From the NCBI GenBank assembly GCA_963706575.1, contig CAVPNL010000001.1, forward strand, positions 32,001 through 96,000: DNA of 64,000 nucleotides, read 5' to 3'. A program made the position numbers and the translations under genes. Below are positions 30,866-43,529 of the stretch, in pieces; within the stretch, counting starts at the first letter, position 1, and every line of letters starts with the position of its first letter. Below the pieces are notes generated by a model, which was given only the letters and a program-made list of their open reading frames with translations, did no database searches and had not been told where the DNA came from. Source of the DNA: an uncultured delta proteobacterium. GTDB taxonomy: Bacteria > Desulfobacterota > Desulfobacteria > Desulfobacterales > JAHEIW01.

Positions 30866-30990
30866 ATAAATCCCGGTGGTGCCGTTTTTGGAAGCTTTGT
30901 TTATTCTAAGTGTAAAAGGAAATATAGGCGATTGGCAAGGATCAATCCATAACACCTTTTGATGAGCTGATTTCACCAATTGCGAAATGC

Positions 30991-31066
30991 AGGCCAGTAG
31001 CTCTAACGGTAGAGCATCGGACTCCAAATCCGGCGGTTGGGGGTTCGAATCCCTCCTGGCCTGCCA
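30991..31066 (+). tRNA. tRNA-Trp(CCA)
   Basis: tcgga-ct-CCA-aa-tccgg; CCA end; usual position before secE. Confidence 0.97.
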
Positions 31067-31147
31067 TTTTCTTTTTTAAAGCTTAGCGCTTGAAGGTTTA
31101 GGAATACTAAGATTCCTTCAACCTTTGATGCTTTGAGTAGGAGTAAA

Positions 31148-31552
31148 ATGGGACGGTTACAACGCAAAAAAACATCCGGTACGAAGAAAAAGAAAAAAAA
31201 GGCAGGATCGGCCGCGTCGGTCACAAGTCAGGCCGCAATTACGAAGCCTGGTAAAACGACTGCTCCCGCAACAGTTGGGAATAAAGTAACGCCGCCGGCA
31301 AAAACGGCAACCGCAAAAAAGAAATCCCAGGTTACCAGCGTTGCGGCATCGAAACCAAAGGCCAATATTTTTCAATCGTCGATCCAGTTTTTAAGAGAGG
31401 TTAAAATCGAACTCAAAAAAGTGACCTGGCCGTCCCGTAAGCAAACAATTGGTTCCACGGCCGTTGTGGTGGCTTTGGTTTTGCTGATTTCACTTTTTCT
31501 CGGATTCGTTGATATCGGCCTTTCTAATTTGATACGCGCAGTCTTGCAATAA
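31148..31552 (+). CDS. secE: Preprotein translocase subunit SecE with long basic N-terminal extension
   Basis: QFLREVKIELKKVTWPSRKQT plus a single TM segment; lies before nusG. Confidence 0.92.
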   Translation: MGRLQRKKTSGTKKKKKKAGSAASVTSQAAITKPGKTTAPATVGNKVTPPAKTATAKKKSQVTSVAASKPKANIFQSSIQFLREVKIELKKVTWPSRKQTIGSTAVVVALVLLISLFLGFVDIGLSNLIRAVLQ

Positions 31553-31569
31553 AACAAGGAGGAAAAAGA

Positions 31570-32100
31570 TTGGCGCTTAAATGGTATATCATCCATGTAT
31601 ATTCGGGCTTTGAAAACAAGGTTAAAGCAACCTTGGAAGAACGTGTTGCCTCTTCCCCGCATGCTGATAAATTCGGAGAGGTTGTTGTGCCGACCGAAGA
31701 AATTGTGGAACTGGTCAAAGGCAAACGCAAGACATCGGCGCGTAAGTTTTATCCGGGATATATATTGGTCCAGATGGACCTTGATGATGAAACATGGCAT
31801 ATCGTCAATGATACCGCCAAAGTAACCGGATTTTTAGGCGGCCGGCGAAAACCCACGCCGCTGTCTGAGGAAGAGGCTGGCCGTATTTTGAATCGCATGG
31901 AGGCCGGCAAATTAAAGCCTCAGCCCAAATACTTCTTTGAACACGGAGATGAGGTTCGCGTAATTGATGGGCCATTTACCAATTTCAATGGAACGGTTCA
32001 GGAGGTCAATCCTGAAAAAGGGAAGATAAAGGTGCTGGTCAGTATATTCGGCCGCTCAACGCCCGTAGAATTGGAGTTTGTACAGGTCCAAAAGCTTTAG
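31570..32100 (+). CDS. nusG: Transcription termination/antitermination factor NusG
   Basis: KWYIIHVYSGFENKVK, YPGYILV, IFGRSTPVELEF. Confidence 0.98.
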   Translation: MALKWYIIHVYSGFENKVKATLEERVASSPHADKFGEVVVPTEEIVELVKGKRKTSARKFYPGYILVQMDLDDETWHIVNDTAKVTGFLGGRRKPTPLSEEEAGRILNRMEAGKLKPQPKYFFEHGDEVRVIDGPFTNFNGTVQEVNPEKGKIKVLVSIFGRSTPVELEFVQVQKL

Positions 32101-32158
32101 CCGGCGTTGACGACCATTTGGTGAAAGTTTAAAAGCATAGTAGGAGTAGAAAAAGCAA

Positions 32159-32581
32159 ATGGCAAAAAAAGTATTGACAATGATCAAATTGCAAGTCGAA
32201 GCCGGAAAAGCCAACCCATCGCCGCCCATTGGTCCCGCCCTGGGACAAAATGGCGTCAATATCATGGATTTTTGCAAGGCGTTTAATGCCAGGACGGCCG
32301 ATGATGAAGGCATGATCATACCGGTCGTAATAACGGTTTATCAGGATCGCTCCTTTTCATTTATCACCAAAACACCGCCTGCGGCTGTGCTGCTGAAGAA
32401 GGCCGCCAAAATCGCAAAAGGCGCCGGCGATCCCAAACGGGATATCGTCGGTTCGGTTACGCGCCAGCAAGTTGAAGAAATTGCCAAGGTGAAAATGGTC
32501 GATTTAAACGCCAATGACTTGGATGCCGCCTGCAAAATAATTGCCGGTACGGCGAGAAGCATGGGAATAGAAGTCAGCTAG
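32159..32581 (+). CDS. rplK: 50S ribosomal protein L11
   Basis: [23 protein letters not shown]. Confidence 0.98.
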   Translation: MAKKVLTMIKLQVEAGKANPSPPIGPALGQNGVNIMDFCKAFNARTADDEGMIIPVVITVYQDRSFSFITKTPPAAVLLKKAAKIAKGAGDPKRDIVGSVTRQQVEEIAKVKMVDLNANDLDAACKIIAGTARSMGIEVS

Positions 32582-32674
32582 ATATTACCGTTGCGGGATT
32601 CGAGTAGGACAGGGTTTTAACTCGCAACACGCAACTTGAAACTCGCAACGCGATTGAGGGAGATGATTATAAAG

Positions 32675-33379
32675 ATGTCGAAACGGGGGAAAAAATATTC
32701 AGAATCCAGAAAGAAGATCGATTCGGAAGATGTCGGCAGTTTCAACGATGCTGTCAAAATGACATTGGAATCATCTTTTGCCAGGTTTGACGAAACAGTT
32801 GATCTGGCAGTTCGTCTGGGGGTTGACCCCAGGCATGCCGATCAGATGGTCAGAGGCAGCGTGGTGTTACCGCATGGAACCGGCAAAGATGTCAAGGTTG
32901 CTGTCTTTGCCAAGGGCGAAAAAGAGAAAGAAGCCACGGATGCCGGAGCCGACTTTGTGGGTAACGACGATTTGATCGAAAAGATAAAAGAAGGCTGGTT
33001 TGGCTTTGACAAGGCTGTAGCCACGCCGGATATGATGGGATCCGTCGGAAAGATCGGCAAACTGCTTGGACCACGAGGGCTGATGCCCAACGCCAAAAGC
33101 GGAACCGTTACTTTTGATTTGGCGCGGGCGATCCAAGATCTTAAAGCCGGCAAAATCGACTTTCGAGTCGAAAAGGCTGGAATTGTGCATGCACCCATGG
33201 GGAAGGTGTCTTTTGGCGTGGATAAAATTGTTCAAAATATCGCGGCTTTTTTTGACACCATCATGCGTCTCAAGCCGGCTTCCAGTAAAGGTACCTATCT
33301 AAAAGGTATTGCGATCTCGACAACCATGGGGCCCGGCCTGAAGATCGATTCAGCCCTGGTCAAAGATTTGCTTAAATAA
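32675..33379 (+). CDS. rplA: 50S ribosomal protein L1
   Basis: [36 protein letters not shown]. Confidence 0.98.
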   Translation: MSKRGKKYSESRKKIDSEDVGSFNDAVKMTLESSFARFDETVDLAVRLGVDPRHADQMVRGSVVLPHGTGKDVKVAVFAKGEKEKEATDAGADFVGNDDLIEKIKEGWFGFDKAVATPDMMGSVGKIGKLLGPRGLMPNAKSGTVTFDLARAIQDLKAGKIDFRVEKAGIVHAPMGKVSFGVDKIVQNIAAFFDTIMRLKPASSKGTYLKGIAISTTMGPGLKIDSALVKDLLK

Positions 33380-33473
33380 TCTACGATTATTTGCGTATCG
33401 CAAAAAGAAGTGGTTTGCGCTCAATTCGTGTAATGGTCAACGCCGAAACCGGCGTAAAAAAATAGAAGGTCAT

Positions 33474-33553
33474 CTGTCAAAGACCGTAGGTTCACAAACA
33501 CAGGACCGTAACTGTGGTTGTGTTTAATCGGCGATGCCGGCCTGCCGAGACAG
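33474..33553 (+). ncRNA. Ribosomal protein L10 leader (cis-regulatory)
   Basis: ctgtc-AAAGACCGTAGG...TTAA...CCTGCCGAGacag between rplA and rplJ, matching the L10-leader layout. Confidence 0.75.
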
Positions 33554-33679
33554 TTGTGTGATTTGCGTTTCCGTCCAGCCCTGAGTGCAGGGGAAGCGCT
33601 ATATCGTCAATTGCAAATCGGCAATGTCAATCCCTCCGGTTTTGTCAGATCGATATGGAAAGGAGGTGTTTGGTTACCT

Positions 33680-34201
33680 GTGAATTTAGAAGAGAAGAAG
33701 AGAATTGCCCAGAATCTAAACGAACGCTTTTCGAAAGCAGCGGTGATCATCGTAACCGACTATAAAGGTCTCGATGTTGCTGCCATAAATGATCTGCGGC
33801 GAAAACTTAGACAGGAAGAAGTCGAATATCAGGTTGCAAAAAATTCACTTCTGATTAGAGCCTCGGAAGAGACCGATGTGGCGCTGATCAAAGACACATT
33901 TAAAGGACCCAACGCCGTCGCAATGAGTTATGGCGATCCGGTCGCACCGGCAAAAATTTTAACCGAATTTGCCAAAGAAAACAAAGTGTTTGAGATCAAA
34001 ATCGGCGTCATGGACGGGAAGATCCTTGATGCAAACGCGATCAAGTCCCTTTCGGCCCTGCCGTCGCGAGAAGTTCTGCTAGGTGTCTTTGTCTCAACCC
34101 TGAACAATGTACCCGCGGGTTTTGTTCGGACGCTGGCAGAAATTCCCCGGCAGTTGCTGAATGTTCTGCAGGCCGTAAAAGATCAAAAAGAAGCAGCCTG
34201 A
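33680..34201 (+). CDS. rplJ: 50S ribosomal protein L10
   Basis: GTG start after AGGAGGT; DYKGL, VAKNSL, LPSREVL. Confidence 0.95.
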   Translation: MNLEEKKRIAQNLNERFSKAAVIIVTDYKGLDVAAINDLRRKLRQEEVEYQVAKNSLLIRASEETDVALIKDTFKGPNAVAMSYGDPVAPAKILTEFAKENKVFEIKIGVMDGKILDANAIKSLSALPSREVLLGVFVSTLNNVPAGFVRTLAEIPRQLLNVLQAVKDQKEAA

Positions 34202-34257
34202 TCGAATGACAAAAAAGCATCTATTGATGAAAGCGTAAATGAAACTGGAGGAAGAAA

Positions 34258-34650
34258 ATGGCGAATGCAAGTATTACCAAAGAAGACGTAATTGAATTTG
34301 TGGCGAATATGTCGGTACTTGAGCTCAGTGAGCTTATTAAGGAAATGGAAGAAAAATTTGGCGTGTCTGCAGCGGCACCGGTGGCCATGATGGCAGCCGG
34401 ACCTGCTGAAGGTGCTGCCGGAGCATCGGATGAAGAAAAGACGGAGTTTGATGTAATTATTACAGCCGCCGGGGACAAGAAAATAGCGGTCATTAAAGAA
34501 GTGCGGGCCATTACCGGACTGGGACTCAAAGATGCCAAGGCTTTGGTTGACGAAGTGCCCAAGCCGGTCAAAGAAGCAGTGGCCAAAGAAGAAGCTGAAA
34601 AGATTAAATCCCAACTTGAAGAAGCTGGCGCTCAGGTGGAGCTCAAGTAA
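34258..34650 (+). CDS. rplL: 50S ribosomal protein L7/L12
   Basis: [30 protein letters not shown]. Confidence 0.98.
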   Translation: MANASITKEDVIEFVANMSVLELSELIKEMEEKFGVSAAAPVAMMAAGPAEGAAGASDEEKTEFDVIITAAGDKKIAVIKEVRAITGLGLKDAKALVDEVPKPVKEAVAKEEAEKIKSQLEEAGAQVELK

Positions 34651-34789
34651 ATTCACTGAAAAAGGAACGGGTAACGGGGGGATTCATCGGAGTCGATGAT
34701 GGTCCCCTTGCCCGGTGCTGGCAAGCTCTTGTTTCTTTCCGAAAACTCATCACCAGCAACTCATAACCCCAAAAAACAATGGAGATGGC

Positions 34790-37700
34790 ATGTCAAAAAA
34801 TCCGTTGGCACCAAAACGGTTTCGGAAAAATTTCGGTAAGATAAAACAAATCGTCGGAATCCCTGATCTTATCGGAATGCAGCGTGAATCGTTTCAACGG
34901 TTTTTGCAAATGGATGTACCGCCTGAAAAGCGCGAGGATATTGGTTTGCAGACCGTTTTTAAATCTGTTTTTCCGATCAAAGATTTTACCGGCAGCGCAT
35001 CCCTCGAATTCGTGTCCTACCGATTCGGGGAGGTAAAGCACAGTATTGAGGAATGCGTCCACCGCGGTATGACCTATGAGATACCGCTGCGACTTACGGT
35101 CAGACTGGTCGTCTATGAACTTGACGTTGAAACCGGAGTTTCTAACATCCGCGACATTAAGGAACAGGAAATTTATTTTGGTACGATACCCTTAATGACT
35201 GAAAAAGGTACCTTTATTATAAATGGAACCGAGCGGGTCGTGGTCAGTCAGCTCCACCGGTCTTCCGGTGTGTTTTTTGACCATGACAAGGGCAAATCCC
35301 ATTCAAGCGGAAAAATTATTTATAGCTCACGGATTATACCGGTGCGTGGCTCCTGGATTGATATGGAGGTTGATCCTAAGGATATTGTCCACATTCGTAT
35401 TGATCGGCGCCGCAAGTTTCCAGTCACCTTGCTGTTTAAGGCTTTCGGTTACACAACCGAGGATTTGTTGAGCTATTTTTATGAGACGGAAAAAATAATT
35501 GTAAAAGGCAAGCGTTATTTTAAGGAATTCAATGAGGCGTATCTTGGAGGCAAACGGGCCAGCAAAGAAGTGCGTGATCCTAAAAGCGGAGAAGTCATCG
35601 TAAAAAAGGGCCGGGTCTTTACCATGAAGGCCATTAAACGCCTTAAATCGATTAAGGCCAATTTAATTCCGATTAATGTCGAAGAGATTATGGGCCACGC
35701 TTTCGCCCAAAGCATCGTGGATCCAGATACTGGAGAAACGATCGTCAGTGTTGCTGAGCTCATCAATGAGGAAGTATTGACCAAACTCAGCGATGCCGGC
35801 ATTGATGAATTTGATTTGTTGTATGTCGATGTGGCCACCAACAGCGATTCAATCCGCAAGACGCTTTTGCTGGATAAGGTTGAAACCAAAGAAGAAGCCC
35901 TGATTGAGATATATCGCCGGCTCAGACCGGGAAATCCGGCTACGCCTGAGGTGGCTCAGGATTTTCTTGATAATTTGTTTTTCAGGTCAACCTATTACGA
36001 TCTTTCCGGTGTGGGGCGGCTCAAAATAAATCAACGCCTGGGTATCGGCAGTCAGATTAATTTAAACATCTTACGAAAAGAAGATATCATACTTACGGCT
36101 AAAGCACTGATTCAGCTGCGCGATATCCAGGGTGTGGTGGATGATATCGACCATCTGGGCAATCGCCGGGTTCGCGCGGTGGGTGAGCTGCTTGAAAATC
36201 AATACCGCATCGGGCTGGTCCGGATGGAACGCGCAATAAAAGAACGCATGAGCCTTCAGGAGGTTGATGCCCTCATGCCTCACGATCTGGTGAATCCCAA
36301 GCCCGTATCTGCAGTTGTAAAAGAATTTTTTGGCACCAGTCAGCTGTCTCAGTTTATGGATCAGACCAATCCGCTTTCCGAGACGACCCACAAGCGGCGG
36401 CTCAGCGCATTGGGGCCCGGAGGTCTTACACGCGAACGGGCAGGCTTTGAGGTGCGGGATGTCCATCCTTCCCATTACGGTCGCATCTGTCCCATCGAAA
36501 CCCCGGAAGGGCCCAATATCGGCCTGATTGTTTCGTTGAGCACCTATGCGCGTGTAAACGCCTATGGCTTTATTGAAACCCCTTACCGGGTGGTGGCAAA
36601 TGCCAAAGTCACCGATGAAGTCAAATTTCTGGATGCCTTTGAAGAAAAGGATCTCCCCATCGCCCAGGCCAATGCTAGCATTGATAACAAAGGCGCATAT
36701 GTCAATCCGCTGGTGACCTCTCGGGTTGCCGGGGAATTTATGATGGTCGAAAAAGAACACATCGACCTGATGGATATTTCACCGAATCAGTTGGTTAGCG
36801 TTTCGGCCTCCTTGATCCCGTTTTTGGAAAATGATGACGCCAACCGGGCATTGATGGGTTCCAACATGCAACGCCAGGCAGTGCCGTTGCTTATTAATAG
36901 CGCGCCGCTGGTGGGAACCGGTATCGAAGGGGTCGTCGCAAGAGATTCCGGCGTTGCTGTGGTTGCCAAACGGGATGCGGAAGTGGTCGATGTGGATGCT
37001 GCCCGGATTGTTTTAAAGCATCAACCGGCAGGCGTGCCTTCTGAAAAGGATGTCACCATTTATAATCTTTCCAAATTCATCCGTTCCAATCAAAACACCT
37101 GTTTTAACCATCGCCCGATTGTTCGCAAAGGCGATTTTGTAAAGGCCGGTGAAATCATTGCGGATGGTCCAGCAACGGATCAGGGTGAACTGGCCCTGGG
37201 AAAGAATGTCACCGTGGCCTTTATGCCCTGGGGTGGGTATAATTTCGAGGACTCAATTTTGGTAAGCGAAAGACTTGTGCGCGATGGTGTTTACACTTCG
37301 GTACATATAGAAGAATTTGAAGTCGTCGCCAGAGATACCAAGCTGGGAAAAGAAGAAATTACCCGTGATATCCCCAATGTGGGCGAAGAAGCTTTAAAAA
37401 ATTTAGACGAAAGCGGAATTATTCGTCTTGGCGCTGAAGTGCTGCAGGGCGACATACTGGTTGGCAAAATAACACCTAAAGGTGAAACACAGCTATCTCC
37501 TGAAGAAAAACTACTGCGTGCTATATTTGGCGAAAAAGCCGGCGACGTTAAAGACACCTCTTTGCGGGTGCCCCCCGGGGTTCAGGGGACAGTTATCGAT
37601 GCGAAAGTATTTTCAAGGCGCGGCATCGACAAGGATGACCGCACCCGCCTGATCGAAGATGAAGAAATTGCGTCCCTTGAAAAAGATCGTGATGATGAGC

Positions 37701-38905
37701 AGGCTGTGATTGAAGAAGTGGTTCGTGCGCAGCTGGGGGATCTGTTGATCGGTAAAAAAGCCATGGCCGACTTGAAAAAGGGAAAGAAGGTTTTAATCGA
37801 AAGTGGGACGAATATCAATCGGGAAAGCTTGGCAAACGTCCCCATGGCCCAGCTGGAGGGCCTGGTTTTGAAAGATCCCAAAATCAGCCAGCAAGTCCAT
37901 GAACTGCTTGAACGCTACCGGGATCAGCGCGAGCTGTGCCGGCTGGCGTTTGAACAGCAGGTCAGTCGTTACGAAAAGGGAGATGATCTACCGCCCGGTG
38001 TCATCAAAATGGTTAAAGTTTACGTAGCCATGAAACGCAAGCTGTCTGTTGGTGATAAAATGGCGGGTCGCCACGGAAACAAGGGGGTCGTATCCCGGAT
38101 TTTGCCCGTAGAGGATTTGCCGTATTTCGAAAACGGTTTGCCGGTGGACATGGTGCTCAACCCGCTGGGGGTTCCTTCGCGAATGAATGTCGGCCAGATA
38201 TTGGAAATTCATCTGGGCCGCGCCGCCAAGGGTCTCGGGGATCAGTTAAATGAACTGCTCGAAGAAGCAAAATTTAAGGACCTGCGCGAGAAAACAAAGA
38301 AGATTTTTACAATCCCGGCCCAGCGAAAATTGATTTCCGAAATGGATGAAAAGCAGCTTGTCGAATTTACGGACTTTTATAAAGACGGTGTTCATATGGC
38401 CACACCGGTTTTTGACGGTGCCAAAGAAGATGAAATCAAATCACTGCTGAAAGAAGCCGGGCTCGAGCAAACCGGTCAGGCAACACTCTTCGACGGCCGC
38501 AGCGGTGAGCCTTTTGACGACAAGGTCACCGTGGGCACCATGTACGTTATGAAACTGCATCATCTGGTGGATGACAAGATTCATGCCCGTTCGATCGGCC
38601 CGTATTCCCTGGTGACCCAGCAACCGTTAGGCGGAAAGGCACAATTCGGCGGTCAGCGCCTGGGTGAAATGGAAGTCTGGGCCATGGAAGCATACGGAGC
38701 CGCGTATGCTCTGCAGGAATTTTTAACCGTGAAATCAGATGATATGGCCGGACGGACGCGCATGTATGAGAAGATTGTCAAGGGCCAAAACGTCTTGGAA
38801 CCCGGGATTCCCGAATCTTTTCGGGTTATGACCAAAGAATTGCAGGCTCTGGGGCTGGATATTGCACTATTAGATAAAGATGAACTGGAAGCCAAAAGCT
38901 CATAA
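34790..38905 (+). CDS. rpoB: DNA-directed RNA polymerase subunit beta
   Basis: [48 protein letters not shown]. Confidence 0.99.
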   Translation: MSKNPLAPKRFRKNFGKIKQIVGIPDLIGMQRESFQRFLQMDVPPEKREDIGLQTVFKSVFPIKDFTGSASLEFVSYRFGEVKHSIEECVHRGMTYEIPLRLTVRLVVYELDVETGVSNIRDIKEQEIYFGTIPLMTEKGTFIINGTERVVVSQLHRSSGVFFDHDKGKSHSSGKIIYSSRIIPVRGSWIDMEVDPKDIVHIRIDRRRKFPVTLLFKAFGYTTEDLLSYFYETEKIIVKGKRYFKEFNEAYLGGKRASKEVRDPKSGEVIVKKGRVFTMKAIKRLKSIKANLIPINVEEIMGHAFAQSIVDPDTGETIVSVAELINEEVLTKLSDAGIDEFDLLYVDVATNSDSIRKTLLLDKVETKEEALIEIYRRLRPGNPATPEVAQDFLDNLFFRSTYYDLSGVGRLKINQRLGIGSQINLNILRKEDIILTAKALIQLRDIQGVVDDIDHLGNRRVRAVGELLENQYRIGLVRMERAIKERMSLQEVDALMPHDLVNPKPVSAVVKEFFGTSQLSQFMDQTNPLSETTHKRRLSALGPGGLTRERAGFEVRDVHPSHYGRICPIETPEGPNIGLIVSLSTYARVNAYGFIETPYRVVANAKVTDEVKFLDAFEEKDLPIAQANASIDNKGAYVNPLVTSRVAGEFMMVEKEHIDLMDISPNQLVSVSASLIPFLENDDANRALMGSNMQRQAVPLLINSAPLVGTGIEGVVARDSGVAVVAKRDAEVVDVDAARIVLKHQPAGVPSEKDVTIYNLSKFIRSNQNTCFNHRPIVRKGDFVKAGEIIADGPATDQGELALGKNVTVAFMPWGGYNFEDSILVSERLVRDGVYTSVHIEEFEVVARDTKLGKEEITRDIPNVGEEALKNLDESGIIRLGAEVLQGDILVGKITPKGETQLSPEEKLLRAIFGEKAGDVKDTSLRVPPGVQGTVIDAKVFSRRGIDKDDRTRLIEDEEIASLEKDRDDEQAVIEEVVRAQLGDLLIGKKAMADLKKGKKVLIESGTNINRESLANVPMAQLEGLVLKDPKISQQVHELLERYRDQRELCRLAFEQQVSRYEKGDDLPPGVIKMVKVYVAMKRKLSVGDKMAGRHGNKGVVSRILPVEDLPYFENGLPVDMVLNPLGVPSRMNVGQILEIHLGRAAKGLGDQLNELLEEAKFKDLREKTKKIFTIPAQRKLISEMDEKQLVEFTDFYKDGVHMATPVFDGAKEDEIKSLLKEAGLEQTGQATLFDGRSGEPFDDKVTVGTMYVMKLHHLVDDKIHARSIGPYSLVTQQPLGGKAQFGGQRLGEMEVWAMEAYGAAYALQEFLTVKSDDMAGRTRMYEKIVKGQNVLEPGIPESFRVMTKELQALGLDIALLDKDELEAKSS

Positions 38906-38978
38906 TGATCATCGATGGGTAGCGGATATTCAGGCAGGTTAGATTTTCGCAATCAACCAAACAATATAGGAATTCAAT

Positions 38979-41900
38979 ATGGAAACTCTTTACGATTTTT
39001 TCGCAAAACCGACCGATCCAAGAAAGTATTTCGGTATTCAAATTGCACTGGCTGCGCCGGAACAAATTCGCAAGTGGTCACACGGCGAAATTAAAAAGCC
39101 GGAAACCATCAATTACCGAACCTTTAAGCCCGAACGCGATGGGCTGTTTTGTGCTAAAATTTTTGGGCCGACCAAAGATTATGAATGCAATTGCGGTAAA
39201 TACAAACGCATGAAACACCGGGGCGTCATTTGTGAAAAATGCGGCGTAGAAGTTATTCAATCCAAGGTGCGACGTGAACGCATGGCGCATATCGAGCTGG
39301 CTACCCCGGTCTCTCATATCTGGTTTCTAAAAAGCTTGCCGAGCAAGATCGGCAACCTGCTTGATCTGACCCTAAAAAACATGGAAAAGGTTTTGTATTT
39401 TGACAGCTATATCGTGGTGGATCCCAAAAACACGTCGCTGACAAAAGGTCAATTGCTTTCAGACGAAAAATACATGGAGGCATTGGAAGAATTCGGCTCC
39501 AAGTTCGATGCCGGCATCGGCGCCGAGGCGGTTCAGGCACTGCTGGAAAGCATTGACCTGGAAGAATTGTACATTGAACTCAAAGCGGACATTAAAGCGA
39601 CCGGATCGGTTGCCAAACGGCAGAAGCTATCCAAACGGCTGAAGATCGTCGATGCCTTTCGAAAATCCGGGGTTGATCCGACCTGGATGGTGATGAGTGT
39701 GATTCCGGTACTTCCTCCCGATCTTCGCCCGCTGGTACCTCTGGAAGGAGGCCGTTTTGCGACATCAGACCTCAATGATCTGTATCGCCGCGTGATTAAT
39801 CGTAACAATCGTCTCAAACGACTTATCGATCTCAAAGCACCGGACATTATTATACGCAATGAGAAACGGATGCTGCAGGAATCCGTCGACGTTCTTTTTG
39901 ACAATGGCCGCCACGGCCGGGTAATAACCGGGACCAATAAACGACCGTTGAAATCGCTGAGTGACACCTTGAAAGGCAAACAGGGTCGTTTTCGACAGAA
40001 CTTGCTGGGCAAACGCGTGGATTATTCCGGACGGACGGTAATCACCGTCGGGCCGGACTTAAGGCTGCATCAGTGTGGCTTGCCCAAAAAAATGGCGCTG
40101 GAACTGTTTAAACCGTTTGTTTATTTTCGACTGGAACAAAAGGGTTTCGTTTCGACCGTAAAAAGTGCAAAGAAAATGGTGGAACGCGAAATTCCGGAGG
40201 TATGGGATACGCTTGACGAGGTGGTAAAGGAATATCCGGTATTGTTGAACCGGGCGCCGACGCTGCATCGACTCGGTATTCAGGCCTTTGAGCCGATTTT
40301 GATCGAAGGTAAAGCCATTCAGTTGCATCCGCTGGTTTGTACGGCCTTCAACGCCGACTTTGACGGTGATCAGATGGCGGTTCACATACCGCTCTCGGTT
40401 GAATCACAGATCGAAGCCCGGGTGTTGATGCTATCCAGTAACAACATTTTGTCACCGGCCAACGGAAGTCCGATTATTGTACCGAGCCAGGATATTGTAC
40501 TGGGCACCTATTATATGACCCGGGGTGTTGCCGGTCGCCGAGGCGAAGGCAAAATCTTTGCGAATGTCGAAGAGGTCCAGGCTGCCTATGATGCCAAAGA
40601 AGTTGATCTGCACGCCAACATTACGGTTCGCATGCAAGGCAAACGCCATGAAACAACGGTTGGCAGAGTACTAATGTGGGAAATCATCCCCCAGGTCGAT
40701 ATTCTGGAACTGCGGCACATTCAGGTGGGCACGGAAGAAGAAGCGCTGGAGGTTTTTGATCAGATTAATAAGGGCAGACTGTTTACCGGTCTGGTCAATA
40801 AATATTCCCAGAGCCCGGATAAGGAAAATAAGGGGCTTATCGGAAAGCTCAGTTTCAACGAGTTTCGTAGTTTATTCGGCTGCCAGGAAGCCGATATTGA
40901 GGCCGTGTTTTCTCTTAAGGTCGGCGAATCCAGCAACGCCATATTTGCCGGTAACGCTTACCACTTTTTTGAAATTATATCCAAAAAGCCCGCCATCCCT
41001 TACGATATTGTCAATGCAGTGATGGATAAAAAAATGCTGCGTCAGCTGGTGGATTACGTCTACCGCAACCTGGGGCCCAAAGCCACCGTCATTCTTTCGG
41101 ATCGTCTCAAGAATATCGGGTACAAATATTCAACCCAGGGCGGCCTATCCATTGCGATTGACGATATGATAATTCCGGCGGCCAAATGGGATATCTTAAA
41201 TCAGGCTGAATCTCAGGTATCGGAAATCGGGCGGCAGTACACCGAAGGGCTGATTACCCAAGGGGAAAAGTATAATAAGATCGTCGATATCTGGGCCAAA
41301 GCCACTGATGATGTCGCCAATGAAATGATGGAGTCCATGAAACTGGAGCGCGCTGGAGAGAAAACCAGCAAAGCGGCAAAGAAAAAGAAGCAAAAATCGA
41401 GTCATGCTGAAAGTTTCAATCCCATTTTCATGATGGCTGACTCCGGCGCCAGGGGCAGCAAAGATCAGATGCGCCAGCTTGCCGGGATGCGGGGTCTGAT
41501 GGCCAAGCCGTCCGGCGAAATTATTGAAACGCCGATTAGCGCCAATTTCCGGGAAGGACTTTCGGTACTGCAATATTTCATCTCAACTCATGGCGCGCGT
41601 AAAGGATTGGCAGATACGGCTTTGAAAACCGCCAATTCCGGATATCTGACCCGCAGACTGGCTGATGTTGCGCAGGACTGTGTGGTTACCGAGCCTGACT
41701 GCGGAACCACGGCGGGGGTTGAAGTGGAACCGTTGATGGAGGGCGGTGAAATCATCCAGCGATTGGGTGAACGTATCTTGGGCCGGACCCTGGCGGAAGA
41801 TATCCATGATCCCTACACAGACGAGGTGGTGACGCGAGCCGGCGATCCCATTGATGAGGCCGCCGTCCAAAAAATTGAAGAAACCGGTGTCTCCAATGTC

Positions 41901-43379
41901 AAAATTCGTTCGGTGTTGACCTGTAAAGCCAAAACAGGGGTTTGCAGCAAATGTTATGGCCGCGATCTGGCGCACGGGCGCCCGGTGGAAATCGGTCAAG
42001 CGGTCGGGATTCTGGCCGCCCAGTCCATTGGCGAACCCGGCACCCAGCTGACCATGCGCACGTTTCATATCGGCGGTACCGCCAGCCGGCGGGTAGAGCA
42101 GGCGGACATTCGTTCCCGCACCGATGGAAAGATTAAGTATGTCGACCTCAATGTAGCCAAAAATTCCGAAGGCCAGCTGGTGGTCATGAACCGCCGGGGC
42201 GGCAAGTTTACCATTATCAGCAAGACGGGCCGTGAGCTGGAAACCTTTCCGGTCATTTACGGTGCCCATATTCAGATCAAAGACGGCGGGAAAGTCAAAG
42301 CAGGTGACTTGCTGGCCACCTGGGATCCATTTACCACCCCGATCATCTCCGAAGTCGATGGAAGCGTTAAATTCGGTGACATCGTTGCCGGACAGACCAT
42401 GCAGGAAAAGGTGGATCCGGTAACCGGCAAGTCGAGCCAGACCATCATTGAATCCAGAAGTGGTGATGAGCGTCCGCGGATATCCATCAAGGACGCCGAC
42501 GGCAAAACGGCCAAACTGCCCGCATCATCGGCTATGGCGCGCTATATTTTGCCGGTCAATGCCATTTTGCTTGTAGAGGAAACCGATGCGGTCAAGGCCG
42601 GTGATGTCGTTGCCAAACTGCCAAGGGCAACCACGAAAACCAAAGACATCACCGGCGGTTTGCCCCGAGTCGCCGAGCTTTTCGAAGTCCGGAAACCGAA
42701 GGAAGTGGCGGTGTTAAGTGAAATTGATGGATATGTTTCGATCTCAAAAAGCACCAAAAAAGGAAAACAGAGAGTGAGCATCACCCCTGTTGATGTCGGT
42801 GATAAAAAGGAATACCTGATTCCGCGGGGCAAACATATTAATGTGTACGAAGGCGATTATATTCGTGCCGGTGAGCCTTTGATCGGCGGTTCGGCGGTAC
42901 CCCAGGACATCTTAAGTATTAAAGGTGAGGTTGCACTGGCCCGTTATCTGGTTGATGAAGTACAAGAAGTTTACCGCCTGCAGGGTGTTCGTATCAATGA
43001 TAAGCATATCGAGGTGATTGTCCGGCAGATGATGCGGCGGGTGAAGGTCTTAACTGTCGGTGATACCGATTTTATCACCGAAGAACAGGTCGATCGCATC
43101 AAATTTGAAGAGGCCAATAAGGCCGTGATCGAAAAAGGCGGCAAGCCGGCTACGGCCGAGCCGCTGATTCTGGGAATCACCAAGGCATCTTTAAGTACGG
43201 ACAGTTTTATTTCGGCAGCTTCATTCCAGGAAACAACCAAAGTCCTTACGGATGCCAGTGTATCCGGAAAGGTTGACAGTTTGAGAGGGCTCAAAGAAAA
43301 CGTGATTATGGGTCGCCTCATCCCAGCCGGGACGGGTTTAAGAGCTTACGATGACGTTGCCGTCAAAATGGCGGATTAA
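38979..43379 (+). CDS. rpoC: DNA-directed RNA polymerase subunit beta-prime with an inserted parvulin-like domain
   Basis: [38 protein letters not shown]; ~99-aa insert at residues ~572-670. Confidence 0.99.
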   Translation: METLYDFFAKPTDPRKYFGIQIALAAPEQIRKWSHGEIKKPETINYRTFKPERDGLFCAKIFGPTKDYECNCGKYKRMKHRGVICEKCGVEVIQSKVRRERMAHIELATPVSHIWFLKSLPSKIGNLLDLTLKNMEKVLYFDSYIVVDPKNTSLTKGQLLSDEKYMEALEEFGSKFDAGIGAEAVQALLESIDLEELYIELKADIKATGSVAKRQKLSKRLKIVDAFRKSGVDPTWMVMSVIPVLPPDLRPLVPLEGGRFATSDLNDLYRRVINRNNRLKRLIDLKAPDIIIRNEKRMLQESVDVLFDNGRHGRVITGTNKRPLKSLSDTLKGKQGRFRQNLLGKRVDYSGRTVITVGPDLRLHQCGLPKKMALELFKPFVYFRLEQKGFVSTVKSAKKMVEREIPEVWDTLDEVVKEYPVLLNRAPTLHRLGIQAFEPILIEGKAIQLHPLVCTAFNADFDGDQMAVHIPLSVESQIEARVLMLSSNNILSPANGSPIIVPSQDIVLGTYYMTRGVAGRRGEGKIFANVEEVQAAYDAKEVDLHANITVRMQGKRHETTVGRVLMWEIIPQVDILELRHIQVGTEEEALEVFDQINKGRLFTGLVNKYSQSPDKENKGLIGKLSFNEFRSLFGCQEADIEAVFSLKVGESSNAIFAGNAYHFFEIISKKPAIPYDIVNAVMDKKMLRQLVDYVYRNLGPKATVILSDRLKNIGYKYSTQGGLSIAIDDMIIPAAKWDILNQAESQVSEIGRQYTEGLITQGEKYNKIVDIWAKATDDVANEMMESMKLERAGEKTSKAAKKKKQKSSHAESFNPIFMMADSGARGSKDQMRQLAGMRGLMAKPSGEIIETPISANFREGLSVLQYFISTHGARKGLADTALKTANSGYLTRRLADVAQDCVVTEPDCGTTAGVEVEPLMEGGEIIQRLGERILGRTLAEDIHDPYTDEVVTRAGDPIDEAAVQKIEETGVSNVKIRSVLTCKAKTGVCSKCYGRDLAHGRPVEIGQAVGILAAQSIGEPGTQLTMRTFHIGGTASRRVEQADIRSRTDGKIKYVDLNVAKNSEGQLVVMNRRGGKFTIISKTGRELETFPVIYGAHIQIKDGGKVKAGDLLATWDPFTTPIISEVDGSVKFGDIVAGQTMQEKVDPVTGKSSQTIIESRSGDERPRISIKDADGKTAKLPASSAMARYILPVNAILLVEETDAVKAGDVVAKLPRATTKTKDITGGLPRVAELFEVRKPKEVAVLSEIDGYVSISKSTKKGKQRVSITPVDVGDKKEYLIPRGKHINVYEGDYIRAGEPLIGGSAVPQDILSIKGEVALARYLVDEVQEVYRLQGVRINDKHIEVIVRQMMRRVKVLTVGDTDFITEEQVDRIKFEEANKAVIEKGGKPATAEPLILGITKASLSTDSFISAASFQETTKVLTDASVSGKVDSLRGLKENVIMGRLIPAGTGLRAYDDVAVKMAD
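40692..40988 (+). other. PpiC/parvulin-like domain inserted in frame in RpoC
   Basis: [46 protein letters not shown]...[25 protein letters not shown] follows the rotamase pattern RHILVxTEEEA..G.dF.eLA.KYS.dp....GG.LG...[11 protein letters not shown].pv....GYHii. Confidence 0.85.
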
Positions 43380-43529
43380 ATCGCAGGGATTCAACTTCAT
43401 CGCGGGCAAAGTGATGAATTTTTATTGTAAATTTCAACAAAACACTTGACAATCGTATGTTTCCTGTATAAATACGGTCATTTTACCAAGTCTAGAATCT
43501 TAGAAGAAAAAAAGGGTCGTCAGGAGATT

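Noticed and set aside
40692..40988. RpoC insert as an intein or intron
   Set aside because: No N-terminal Cys/Ser, no C-terminal His-Asn followed by Cys/Ser/Thr, no homing endonuclease motifs; the frame is continuous and the pattern matches parvulins.
43446..43474. Sigma-70 promoter before rpsL
   Set aside because: A perfect TTGACA is present, but there is no convincing -10 hexamer at 16-18 nt spacing; left uncalled.
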